From positions 36,954,001-37,018,000 of the forward strand of contig NC_087436.1 in the NCBI RefSeq assembly GCF_036321535.1: a stretch of DNA of 64,000 bases, read 5' to 3'. The stretch is from Camelus dromedarius (Eukaryota). The notes under the pieces are model-generated. The model saw only the letters and a program-made list of their open reading frames with translations, did not search any database and had not been told where the DNA came from. Positions 1-12,545 of the stretch are shown here, piece after piece. Numbering within the stretch: position 1 is the stretch's first letter; each line of letters starts with the position of its first letter. Both the position numbers and the translations under genes were made by a program.

Positions 1-1765
1 AATTCATCATATGGAAATTATACCCAATTGAACAGTACCAATGTGCAGCTTAGTAGCAATTAAGCTACTAATATAACAAGTGAGTACTCACTTATTATAA
101 TAAGAATATTTTAAAGATTTTTTAAAAACTCTTGTCACAGCGTTCGGTCTTAAAACAAAGTTCTCTTCTATACAGTCCAGTGAATACTATTTCCCAGTTC
201 TTGTTTACCTAAAAATCGTCATTATACCAACAAAGACACGCACACAACACATGCTTCCACCCAACCTTGCACCTCCTAGTCTCCCACACACAGCACACAC
301 TTTACACACTTCACTCTGCACACAACTCTACACACCACACCTATTAATAATAGTCAAGACACATGGCCTTTGTTTAGCTTCAGAAAGATTATGATGTAAT
401 GGTTGCCAATATGTACCTATATTTTTAAAAATTTTTGTCAACTAAGGGATTACAATTTTTTAAAATTTAAAGATGATTTTATTTTTTAATAAAAATACTC
501 AAACTATGGTTAAAACTATTCAAAATGTATAAAAGGGTATAAGTGAAAAGTAAAAATCTCCTTCCTCTGTGACTCCTCAGTCTCACTCCCCAGAGCCCCA
601 AGTACAAATACAATGAAAAGCTTCTTATATTGCTTTCTAGAAATTTCTACGTATACATGTGTATCTGTACATATATGTATGGCTATGTATTCATAGAAAT
701 GTGTGTGTATATATGAATACTAAATTTAATTTTTAAAAGTTGATCACCTACACTAGTTGAGCAGTTAGAATGGGGGCTAGTCACAGCACTCCCTGTCCTT
801 GGACAAGTTAACAAGCTTGTGTGAGGACTTCTTTGGTTTCCTGACCCCTGTAGGTTTGCTGGCCATGCCTTGGTCTCTATCTGGGAGACCTCTGCCTGTG
901 GCTTCAGTGCTTCTCTCTTAGTTTGGGGCCCACAGGGCTGAGAACTGAGTGGGCACTGGTAACCACCTCTGAGTCCTCCTGCTAGAGATGTCCCTACTGT
1001 CCACGCCCAGACCCCCGGGGAGGCCAGTGTCCTCTCTAGTTAGTTTTGAACCCCTGACTATGTGAATATCCTTCTGTCAATGGTAGAAGTTATTTCTGGA
1101 ATATATATTATAGAAGGAAAGCTCTCCCCACCCCAGCCTTTCACTTTCAATTTGTAACTTTTATTTGTTCTTATTCAAAAGTCAGTAATGTGAAAAGAGC
1201 TTAACTGGTACCTTTGGTTTAACTCATGCAAAAACCAAAAATCACATTTTTTTAAGGGAAGTTATCTTAAGCATTTCAGTCAGCAAGAATGTTAGAACTG
1301 GGTAAAGATGCAGATGTGTACTTATAATAATAACCACTGAAATAATAAAAATAATCTATTAAAATTATATTGTTTATCTAGCATCATTTTTCAGAGACTC
1401 AGAATTTTAAAAAAGCTTTTTATTCATGAGCTCACAAGGAAAATCTGGAGCCCTTTATAAATTTCCATTTTACACTTGGGATAAGGAGGCCCAGGGAAAT
1501 GAAATTATTTACCCAGCATCACAGAAATTAAAATGTGAACTCAAATTGCTGTACACATCAATTAATGACATGACTTTCATAATGCAGCTAAATCTCAGCT
1601 AACATGGTTGGTGTTAGGATTTCAGTGTACACTATTCTGGATGTACAGTTGCTTTATTCACAAAGTAATACTAGTGCTTTTTAAACCATAAATCATACCA
1701 TCTTCTTTTAGTACAAAGAGGCAATTATATAATATTGGTAATTAAACAACTCTTATAACAAAAGC

Positions 1766-1898
1766 CAATTATTTCCAAGAATATAATTATTTCCAAGAAT
1801 ATAAATCTAGATACAATTATTCATTTCCAAGAATATAAATATTATTTCCAAGAATATAAATTATTCCCAATTACTTCCAAGAAAATAAATCTAGATAC
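1766..1898. repeat. Imperfect tandem repeat, unit about TTATTTCCAAGAATATAA
   Basis: TTCCAAGAA at 1773, 1791, 1825, 1846, 1875; ATAAATCTAGATAC occurs twice. Confidence 0.9.
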
Positions 1899-2531
1899 TC
1901 TGATTTTATAATTGCTAAATCTTGTCTGTGTCATTGAAAAACTGAATCTTGTAAGTTTTTCGTAAGGGGGCTGGGAGGAGGATACCCTCAAGTGAAAAAG
2001 ATGACAAACCTGAGATAATACTCGGCCTAAATACTGGTGTGTGTGTGTATGTGTGTGAGTGGTTTTATGTAGTTAAAAACATGCAATGACTTGAGAGGAT
2101 TGTTCTGACCTAATTCTTGAAAAATTTAACTTCTTCAGCCTTCAAGCCTAGTGCTTTGGTGTCAGGTATCTGCTAGCCCCTGTTTTCAAGACTTCTTAGA
2201 GTAGAAGAAAGGTTATTTCCACAAGGTACGATGAGTGTCACAACGGAGACGTTGGTGTCTGGAAGTTGTTTCTATTATTATTCCTTGTGAAAGTCACTTT
2301 CTATTGAACAAGAACTCTTGTTCTGAAGGGCTTCCCGCTTCTCTCTGGGTTCAAGCAGCCGTGTTAAGTACAGGTATAAATTTCAGGCGAGTGATGAGTA
2401 ACTGACCCGGCTGTCCACGAGCCACAGATCTGCGATGGGTGCTGTGGTTGCTCCAGAAATAGCCTGATAATGTGGAGGAAGCAATATGCCTTAATATTCT
2501 ACAGTCATTTTTGTTCGTTGCTGCTGATTAG

Positions 2532-3303
2532 GTCCATGGAGGAAAGCCCATCCCTGAGGCGCAAGACGGTGATGCGCGAGAAGGGCCGGCGCCAGGCTGT
2601 CCGGGGCCCGGCCTTCATGTTCAACGACCGGGGCACCAGCCTCACCGCAGAGGAGGAGCGCTTCCTGGACGCCGCGGAGTATGGCAACATCCCCGTGGTG
2701 CGCAAGATGCTGGAGGAGTCCAAGACGCTGAACGTCAACTGCGTGGACTACATGGGCCAGAACGCGCTGCAGCTGGCGGTGGGCAACGAGCACCTGGAGG
2801 TGACAGAGCTGTTGCTCAAGAAGGAGAACCTGGCGCGCATCGGCGACGCCCTGCTGCTCGCCATCAGCAAGGGCTATGTGCGCATCGTGGAGGCCATTCT
2901 CAACCACCCCGGCTTCGCGGCCAGCAAGCGCCTGACCCTGAGCCCCTGTGAGCAGGAGCTGCAGGACGACGACTTCTACGCCTACGACGAGGACGGCACG
3001 CGCTTCTCCCCAGACATCACCCCCATCATCCTGGCGGCGCACTGCCAGAAGTACGAGGTGGTGCACATGCTGCTGATGAAGGGCGCCAGGATCGAGCGGC
3101 CGCACGACTACTTCTGCAAATGCGGGGACTGCACCGAGAAGCAGAGGCACGACTCCTTCAGTCACTCGCGCTCAAGGATCAATGCCTACAAGGGGCTGGC
3201 CAGCCCGGCGTATCTGTCCTTGTCCAGCGAGGACCCGGTGCTCACCGCCCTGGAGCTCAGCAACGAGCTGGCCAAGCTGGCCAACATAGAGAAGGAGTTC
3301 AAG
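2532..3303 (+). CDS. TRPC3: TRPC3 exon 2 (ATG of the 848-aa isoform at 2536; ankyrin repeats and linker)
   Basis: Translation [33 protein letters not shown]...LANIEKEFK is the TRPC3 N-terminus; acceptor ttag at 2528-2531, donor AAG|gtaagt at 3304; GC/CpG-rich codon usage. Confidence 0.98.
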
Positions 3304-3375
3304 GTAAGTTGCGCCCTCCACCCGGCTGCCCTGCGCGCTCATCCACTTCCCCACTGCTGCCCGGTGCCTTCCGTA
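2556..3375. promoter_or_regulatory. Intragenic CpG island over TRPC3 exon 2
   Basis: Dense CpG and high GC in otherwise AT-rich DNA; the other TRPC3 exons are much less CpG-rich. Confidence 0.75.
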
Positions 3376-6300
3376 GTTTGCTCCCAAATTAGTTTTGCCC
3401 ACTGGATTTTAAATCAGGAGGAGTTGGGAGCGTCATTCAGAAATGATGTGATGATCTTCCCCTCTCAGCTGTGGTAAATTCGCTTTGGGAATGGTTATAT
3501 ACTGGATCAGAGAGCCATAATTATAGTGCTACTCGGTGCTCTGGATAAGTGTTAAGTAGAACGTCAGACTTCCCTTTTGTTAAAGGAAGGATTTGGTGTG
3601 ATCTTCTCCCTTCCAGATTATTCCTCTTTTGTGGTTAGTTATATCGTGGCACCCAGCACAGAAGTTGCATTAGTTTTGCATGCACTGCTTATTGATCTAA
3701 ACATTTGTATATCCCTTTAGATTGAAAGTCAAGCAGCTAATATAAAATACTAAATGAGTGACTAAAGTCATTTTGTTAATACGACAAAAATTGCCCTCCC
3801 TGAAATCCACAAATAAAATCTACAATATTCAGAATGGTGAGCCATAGACATCAGGTCAACCCAGAAATATAAGGACAACTTTGCTTTAACAGTTTTTTTT
3901 TTTTAAATGAGTAAAGCTTTTTCTGAACATCATCTCCAGTCAAGTACTGTTACTTATTTTTATAAAAATTATACATTAATGGTAGAAAATTTTAATTTTT
4001 ATTCAGTTGCTACATCCTGCCATGCATTTTGGATGGTTCTACCTACTAAATCTGAGGCAAAAGGAGATTTCTAGTGCTGGTGAAAGTCAGACTGTTTCTC
4101 AGTTCTTATCCACCTAAGAAGATGATCGTAGACATCAATTCCTAGAATTATTCTCTGAATGTTGAGTTATTCTTTTTAGTTTACTGTCAGACCACAGACA
4201 GAATGATTATTCTGTTTTTCAGATTGTAGTACAATTTTTCATACTTAAATGAGAGTTACACAAATGCAAATAGCAATATAATTCAAGTAATGGGGTTGAA
4301 AGAACATGGTAGGAAAGTTTTGTGGGTTTTTTTTTTTCCCCTTCTATACATACCAAATTCCCTAGATATTCATCAACCTTCATCTTGTCCTAGTGGAGAT
4401 CTGGCCTTAGTATAATTTTATTAAGTTTTTTTCTGATACAAAAGCTATATATATTTATTATAAAAATTTTGGAAAATGTGGAAAATATAAAGAAGGAAAT
4501 AAATATCACCTATATCTACCCCTTCTGAAGAAATTCATTGTGTGGTATTTGAAAAGATTTTCTTCTTTGGACCTAAAATGAATTATTATTATTTTTTTTT
4601 TGACAGAACTCAGGTGGAGCAAATTTAAAAGTTCAAATTCTGTTTAGAGAGAATAGGAAAGCATTCAGGTAAAAGCTGAAGTGTCATTTTATTTTGACAT
4701 AGTAATAAAAAGTATAATTCTGAATTTGTTAATTCACTATTCCAAGTGTTACTCAGACCTTGTTTTTATGCATTTTGCTTGCTATATATTGAAAGTCTAT
4801 AAAAGAGAGTCTAACAAAAGGGACTATTTCCCTACATTATGTTTTAATAATTCATGAAAGATGGTGATGTGTGCAGTTCTGCCCAGAGAAGTCATCTTAG
4901 GGAAGCAATGTGAAGAAAATCTGTTATTCATACTTTTCCCCTGAAGTTGGCTAAATCCACACTGATAATACTTAGACTCTCCTCTATCCTGATACAGAGT
5001 CACCTCTGATAACCTTTTAAAGGTAGGAAACTATTGCAAAAATGAAGAGGCAAATAGAGGAGAAAACACAACTGAGTTTAAGAAGACATCCATAAAGCTG
5101 CCCAATATCTAAGGATATGCAAAAATTACTTAAATCTCACAGCTCCCTTTTCTGAATTATACGGAAAGCATTTGTGTAGCATAACCACCTCTGAGCCAAA
5201 ATACAGACCATTCTTCGAAAGTTACGGTCTCTAAGGACTACAGGTCTCTGTCCCCTGCCTGAGTGTTCCTTTTCATTCCCATTCTTACCTGTCCTTGTTA
5301 TTTTTTTCTTATCTGCCTTCCTTTCACCTCTCGGTCCTCTCATCCCACACTCACGTCCATCTGTCAGGGCTTTAGACAGACAGAGAAAATAGTGCTTTCA
5401 CAGCAAGACCCAGAGATGTGTAGTTCTGAAAGGGCAGGAAGTGAAGCTTATTTCTGAGGCAGGCAGGTCACGTCATTTGCCCTATTCCATGGTGTTCCCT
5501 CTATTCTTTCCACTGAGACTTTGAGCTCAAAGTCCTAGCCTTGAAATGAAGAAACAGATCATGCGTTCCCTAGTGAAAAAGGCATGACTTTTTTTTCCCC
5601 TTTTCAGACACATATACCTGTTTTATCTTATCCATGGCCTGTAAGATCCAGTATCTCACCTCTCAAATTGCCATCGCTTAGGTGCTTCGGGGAAGGTTCT
5701 TAGCCACCATGCAGTTTTCAAATTTCCTTGAAGAGTATAGGAAGCATGGTGCTGAAAACATATGAAGGTCATTACCCCCAGAGATGAACATTCTAGAATA
5801 TAGATTTAGATAGATTAATGGAGGACAGCTTGGTGACAGGTTATTAAAGAAATATTTTTTGATGTGCAAATGCTGTCTGAAGCTATTCTGAGAAGCAGAA
5901 TATTGGACAGGATGGACTCCAGGTCTAATCCTCCAAATGTCAGTGGCAAGGAAACTGGTCATTCATTAAACTACAAGAACACAGAGTAAAATTTCCTAAT
6001 TCTGAATCAATGATGCACTTTTTTGCAAAAAAAATAAAAAATAAAAAGCCATTTGTCTTCCCTATGCCTCAGTTTTCCTCTCTTTAAATTAAAAAAAAAA
6101 CCAATTTCAACTTATATCACAGTGGGGCTGTAAGGAAGAAGAAAATAAATATATTCCAGAAGCAAGATAGCATCTTATAGCGAGGAGATACTCTAGGAAT
6201 CGTCTAGCTTTGCAGACTTCTCATTTTACAAATGGGAAAATGAAGGCTGTAGTCAAAGTCCCATCTGCTAAGCCTAGATTTGGGTGCCTTGGGTCCCAAT

Positions 6301-7276
6301 CCTACCTATTCTGACATACTGAGCCTGGTAACAACTGAAGCACTTCTATAGTATTTGATGTGTACCAAGCACACTCAAAGCATGTAATCCTTATGGTAGC
6401 AATATTAGATAGGCTTATTCTCATCAGAGAGGCTAAGTTACTTCCACAAGATCACACAGCTCCTAAGTGGTAGAAGCAGTATTTGAACCTAGGCAATCTG
6501 GTTTCAGCTTTATGCTTTTAACTGCTGCACTATCTTGTCTCTTTTGTTACTAAGGAGAGGATCTGACAGAACTAAGACTGCTTAGAGCTGAATTTCAATT
6601 TTCCTGTTAAGGATGAAAAGAGATTAGAACAATGATTAAAATGATACACAGTAAAGTAAGTGTGCTGAAACCTTGTGATGAGACCCAGGCTTTCCTGTTC
6701 TTCCTCTGGCTGGAGCAGATCCTCTAAGTTTCTGCTCTGCCAACTGGGCAGCAGATCCACCTGGTAACTTCATGGAGAACCATGGTAATGGAAGAGTGGC
6801 ACGATGAGACTAATGAAGGAAAACTAAGTTAAGAGAAAATGATTAGCAAATTCAGACCAGACAAACTGGTCTGAGTTGTGAAGTACCATGAGACAAGACC
6901 TCGTGGTAGAGCTAACTGAGTCAGCTCAGGATGCAATGCAGACTTTAGATTGTTCCTTTTGCAACTGAGGAAAGGCTGTCTTTAGTGGAGCTCTCCATCT
7001 TTCCCTGGGAGCTCTGCATATATCGGCGAAACAGTACCCCCTAACTGCAATGAAGGAAATCGCCATTACCTCCAGCTCTGATTATTTTCTGTACTTGAGC
7101 GACAGACTTCTTCCAGCAGGAGATATTTAAATTGTTAGGAAAACAAAATGTTTTCCTTTTATCTTGGTTACCAGTTTTTTGCTTCTTGACTTATCTTTCA
7201 GTGGATGTGAAAAAAACTATGAAGCTTTAAGATCGGACAATTTGCACATTACAATTTTTAAGGATAATGAGTTATA

Positions 7277-7392
7277 GGGGGAGGGCACAGCTTAAATGGT
7301 AGAGTGAGTGCTTAGCATGCACTAGGTCCTGGGTTCAATCCCTGGTACCTCCACTATAAATGAATGAATGAATGAATGAATGAATGAATGAA

Positions 7393-7431
<39 letters not shown>

Positions 7432-7473
7432 AATTACCTCCCCTCAAAAAAACTAAAAAAAAAAAAAAATAAA
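7277..7473 (+). mobile_element. tRNA-Ala-derived SINE (Vic-1-like) with (TGAA)n(TAAA)n microsatellite
   Basis: tRNA-like head with B box GGTTCAATCC, A-rich tail; TSD GATAATGAGTTA at 7263-7274 and 7474-7485. Confidence 0.88.
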
Positions 7474-8640
7474 GATAATGAGTTAATTAGGTATTACTGC
7501 AGAAGTGGTTCCTAAATTTTCTTCAAGAATAGAAAATAGTCTCTTATTTCTGATCAGTGGAGAAATTGCCATCCTATGTTGTACCAAATCTTACAGAACA
7601 GTCTGAACTGAAGAGTAACATGAGGAAGTTTCATCTTAAAAAATTGTATTAAAAGGGGAGCTTTATATGGAAACAGACATGGATTTAATACTTCTTCTGG
7701 GTGCTATAATAAAATATTTCATTAGTCTTTCAGGAATGGAAGGCAGATGGATATTTAACTGACACTCTGCATAGAAGCCGGAGGCTGAACATTTTATTAA
7801 TTTTATCAGTTGCATGGTACCAACTTGAATGGAAACCAGAGACTGAAATTTTTATTCATTTTATCTGTTCCCTTATGAGGGGAAAAGGATTAACTGCAAC
7901 TGTTCTTTATCTGAATTTCCGATATCTGAAATGGAAACTATTCGAGTTTGCATAGCCTTTAAACAGTCTCTCCTCTTCTTGTTTATTTTAGTTGGTGATG
8001 TGATTTTTGCCCATCAAATCAAGTTAATTAATTATTTAAGGGGGAAAATGGGAATTCTTCATGTCTTTTCTAAAGTATGAGTTTTGGAAGCCCAGAAATT
8101 CTGCTGTGCTGAATATTATTCAGTTATTAGACGTATATAGTATCTTAGGACATGTCGGAACGAGGAATTCCATTTTTCTCATGTGTACCAAATTAGATTA
8201 TTGTCTGATTAATTTTCTTAATGAGATAGAGTTTTAGTGAAAGCCATACAAGTGGAGCTGGGGGTTGCAAAACTAAGACACTTTCCCAAGAGATGGTCAT
8301 TGACATCTTGACTGGAACCAGTGGGCTACAAATAGAGCTCCATTCAGAAGGTAACAGGGAATGCTGACAGCTGCCTTCCTTATACCAGTCCATGGCACTA
8401 TATAAATATGCTAATGAAATTAAAGATTCACAGATTATTTTTAGCAAGGTGTTAGTTCCAGTGGCTTGAAATTTTTTCTCTCAGGTATTGATATTCTGCA
8501 ACCCTTGAGAATTCAATTACATAGAATCAGACATTTCTCTCCTTCCATTCCTGCAGGACATGATAATGTGCCCTTCAGACAAACAAAGAAAAATACCCTC
8601 TATGTTGGTCCCTGTCCATCTCCTTGCATTCTCTGTAAAC

Positions 8641-8825
8641 CGTCATTCTCAAACATAAATGTGTATCAGAAACACCTGGAAAGTGTGCTAACACACATTG
8701 CTTGGCCCCACCCTCAGTTTCTAATCTGAACATCTGGAATGAGGTCTGAAAATTTACGTTTCTAACACATGTCCAGTTGCTACTGATGCTGCTGTTCTGA
8801 GGACCACAATTTGAGAAACAACGAC
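8641..8825. mobile_element. MER5A-like hAT-Charlie MITE
   Basis: TTCTCAAA...TTTGAGAA inverted termini and typical internal ATCAGAA.CACCTGG / TTTCTAACA / GACCACA.TTTGAG motifs. Confidence 0.75.
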
Positions 8826-9301
8826 TCCACCAAGGCAGGGGAAAATAAACTGGACAGGTTATTTTCATGTCTAGTCAATCTTTTATGTCAAATTGCCACT
8901 TTAGAAAAATTCTCATTTAAAGAATTTTCATTATAGAAATGGTTTTGTTTTGACTTTAAGAAAACTGTTATCTGATTAAGATACAACTCTTTTCCATCCT
9001 TTGGTCTCTCAGCATTAGCATTTAGCCAACATCCCTTAATATAAACCAGCGACTCAGGTGCACACCATTTTCGGAACTGTCTCGTATGGTTGGGCAGGTT
9101 GCAGAAGGTCCTGGCTAAAGGGGTGGGTAGGGCCAAACCCAGTCTGTATCTAACTCAACAAACCTTGCAGCCAGCCACCTGCGGGCTGCAGCTTCCTACC
9201 AGGAGAAAGGGACACCTTCTCCTAATTCACAAAACTCTGAAACTCTTTCCGTTGCATTAAAGCTACTTCTTTGTATTAAACTCCAAACCTCTTGTTTTTA
9301 G

Positions 9302-9490
9302 AATGACTATCGGAAGCTCTCCATGCAATGCAAAGACTTCGTAGTGGGTGTGCTGGATCTTTGCCGAGACTCGGAAGAGGTAGAAGCCATTCTGAATGGA
9401 GATCTGGAATCGGCAGAGCCTCTGGAGATGCACAGGCATAAAGCTTCTCTGAGTCGTGTCAAACTTGCCATTAAGTATGAAGTCAAAAAG
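9302..9490 (+). CDS. TRPC3: TRPC3 exon 3
   Basis: tttttag|AATGACTAT encodes [13 protein letters not shown]...AIKYEVKK; donor gttagt; 189 nt, phase 0-0; contains the RKLS263 motif. Confidence 0.97.
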
Positions 9491-10379
9491 GTTAGTCACC
9501 TGCTTTCATCCAGCTCTATATTGCAATAAACATGTAATATCAACTATGCCATAATTCCAGGAAGGTTTTTTGAATAATAAAAATAGATGTTATTGATAAG
9601 AAGATTTTTTTTCCTTCATGAAAGAGATTAAGTGAAGTATCATGGTAAAGTTTTAAGTCAAATAGCTAGCTTCTAATCCTTTCCACTTTTTACCCATTGT
9701 GGGATCTTGGATAAGACATAAAACTTTTAAAAATTTCATTTTCCTCATATACAAGGAGGCTAATACCTCTTATCTATCTCAGGGTTTGGATGGAATTTCA
9801 ATGGATTAGGATATGCAAAAGAACTTTATAAACTATTTGTTACAATGTGATTAATGATGATAAAATCTGTTAGTTGTATACATTTTTGTAAGGCACTGTT
9901 ACATACACTCTCAGGTTAATCTTTGCGATAGGCCTTTGTTATCCATTTCACTATCCATTAAGTTCACTTATCCATTAAGTTAGATGATGAGTTTCTATTC
10001 TACAAAGAAATCAAGGCTTGCCAAGCTTACATGACATGTCTAAGATTACACAGCTATTGAATTTCAGGCAGTTGCCAGAAGTAAAATTTATGATTACTTT
10101 TTTCCTCTGGTTACTGCAGATAGAACTATTATGTGTATGCATTTGCCACTGGTATGGAGCTTTGAAAGAATTCATGTAAATTGTAGTTATGATGCTCTGC
10201 TTATAATAAAAATCTCAGTTATCTAGAATCTAATTGCTTATATATATATTTTATACAACTGAAATTTGTTGTACTTTAAGAGAAACTGATAAATCACAAA
10301 CAAGTAAGCTGTTATCAGGAATAGACCTGGTTTCATGAGCTGATCAATCTATGTATAGTGGAATCTTCTGTCCTTTGTG

Positions 10380-10635
10380 CAATGTGGCATGGTGCTTAAG
10401 AGGGCAGACCCTGGAGTCAGCCAGCAAGGGTTCAAGTACTGGCTTTAACCACATGTGCCCTGTGTGACAGGGCAAGTCACCTGACCAGTCTATACCTCTG
10501 TGCGCTTACTTAGGAAAGTGGGGGCAGTAATGGTAACTACTGTTCCAGTTCTTTTAAGGATTACATGCACTAATGCACGTAAAGTAATTAGCACAGGCAT
10601 AGTACATGGTGATTGCTTAATAAGTATTAGCTAAT
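10380..10635 (+). mobile_element. MIR SINE
   Basis: Core motifs CTGGAGTCAG..GGGTTCAAGT, TGTGTGAC..GGGCAAGTCAC, and the tail GCACAG..CATAGTA..GCTTAATAAGTATTAGCT. More decayed MIRs near 6340-6530, 9650-9860, 22870-23000, 24020-24180, 26930-27190, 32000-32330, 42500-42700 and 60120-60320. Confidence 0.75.
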
Positions 10636-11074
10636 GACATTTCTGCATTTGAAAATTCATTCTCAGAATAATGACTCTTAAACAAGTTCAATTTTTAGTC
10701 ACCAAAGACATTACATATTCATTGTGCTGGTTCCTGTCCTTAGTGGTAGAACATAGCCAACTTAAAGAGAAAGGAGTTTAGTGAGGAATATTAGGAGGCT
10801 CACAGATCGTTAGGAGAGGTGGAAGAACAAGCTTATCTAGGCTGTGTTTCCAGAAGCCTTGCCCAGAACTGACCTGGTAAGGGAGTTTCTGTGGCCCAAA
10901 CAGAACGGTTCTGTCTCTGCTGCAGATGGCCAGCTTCTGAACCAATAGAAATGATTCCCTGAGTCCTGCCTGTTACATATGACCTCTTCCAAATCAGAGA
11001 CCTGCACATATGCCTCTGACCAATGGAACCTAGGCCAGAGTTGGTACCCTAGCAGTGCGTGAGGATGAGGTAAT

Positions 11075-11117
11075 CCCTCTCTCTCTCTCTCCACCCCTCC
11101 TCTTTCTCCCTCCCTCT

Positions 11118-11157
<40 letters not shown>

Positions 11158-11165
11158 CACACACA
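11075..11165. repeat. (CT)n-rich plus (CA)n microsatellite
   Basis: Seen directly: CT-rich run, then an uninterrupted (CA)n of about 35 nt from about 11120. Confidence 0.95.
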
Positions 11166-12411
11166 ATTCTACCACAATGTTGAAAACTCCCACATTGTAA
11201 TGTTCACAAGATTATAGCCAGCCATTGATGACAGCTCTCCCCTCTACCTAATAAGATACTGAAATGTGAAGATTCTCAGTAAATACCAAAGTAAAATAAC
11301 TTTTCAAGGAATTGTCAGTTACACAGTATTTAAATTAGCTCAATTGCCCTCTTCTCAGAGCATTCTTGCTAGTTGGAGTTTGCCATATTGGAGGAAAAAG
11401 ATAACTTCGAATAAGATTGATATCAAACTGTTTTTAGAAAACTGTCTGGCCATTTATTCATAGATCTTGGAATAGGCATCTCTTCTCTTTAGCACCTGAG
11501 AGGAGAGAATTGATTTCAGTTGTCACTGGTCCTTTATCATTGCTTTGAAAGTGTTATATTAGCAGAGACAGCTCATCTAGAGATGTGGTTTTATTAACCA
11601 AACTGTCTTGCAGAGTGAATGTCTTCTTGCATGTTAATTTTCAATAAATTGATGTGTAGGTTACAATGTATGAGATGTCAATTAATAATAAATTTGCTGT
11701 CAGTCAACTGCTGGGAAACCAAAACCAAAAAATAGTATTTGGAACTGAAAGGAGATTTAGAACTTTGCAGGTATTTCTGGCTTTGTCAGTTTTATGCCAT
11801 AAAAGAAATATTAAAGTTAAAATCTTTGATTTAGAATCTTCAGCCAATAAATGTATATAAGAACTCTATTCTGAAATGCCCCCCAAAAGCCCCCATTCCC
11901 CTTTCTTTGTTTCTTTCCAGGGCTTCCCTCATTCTTCACTCAACACTCACCCATCTTCATCTGGCAAAGAGGATAAATACCATCACCCACTTCTGCTGCT
12001 TCCTTTTTAGTTCCCAAGTAGAGCCACCTCTTGGATTATAGCGATTCGTGAACCCTACTCACTATGGCATGGAAGTAGCTCACAGCTACATGCAAAGCAT
12101 TGGGATTTCAAAATACTTTATATGTTATGGAATCCCCCACTGATAATATAATAAACTTGTATTTATTTAAGCCAACCCATAATTCCACCAAGGAAACCAG
12201 CTTTGTGTGATGCTAAAATGTTTAGGTCCCATGAGAGACTCAGGAAGTCTCTTCTGCCATCTGCCCAAGATCTACTCCCAGGTCCAGTTCTGAGCCTCTT
12301 GGGCTCTGTCTGTGCTCAGAACTCTCAGGGCTCAGGTCTTCCCTAGTAATCGCCCTGAGTTCAACCCAGGCCTTAGAGACTCAATGACAGGTAATCAGGA
12401 AAATGAAGAAA

Positions 12412-12545
12412 GGGTAGGGTATAGCCTGATGGTAAACTGCATGCTTAGTATGCACAAGGTCCTGGGTTCAATCCCCAGTACTTCGATTAAAAAAATAATA
12501 ATTAAATTCCTAATTTAAAAACCTAATTCCCTCCCCCCCAAAAAG
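12412..12545 (+). mobile_element. Vic-1-like SINE
   Basis: Same head (...TGCATGCTTAGTATGCACAAGGTCCTGGGTTCAATCCCCAG), ACCTAATT-C-rich block and A tail. Confidence 0.85.

Noticed and set aside
1766..1898. Repeat-spacer look, CRISPR-like
   Set aside because: Mammalian intron; the spacers are pieces of the same repeat; no cas genes.
2491..3165. 224-aa antisense ORF and other overlapping ORFs on exon 2
   Set aside because: Shadow of GC-rich TRPC3 codon usage; no recognisable protein.
3304..3477. ORF continuing past KEFK
   Set aside because: Intron read-through after a consensus AAG|gtaagt donor; homology resumes at 9302.
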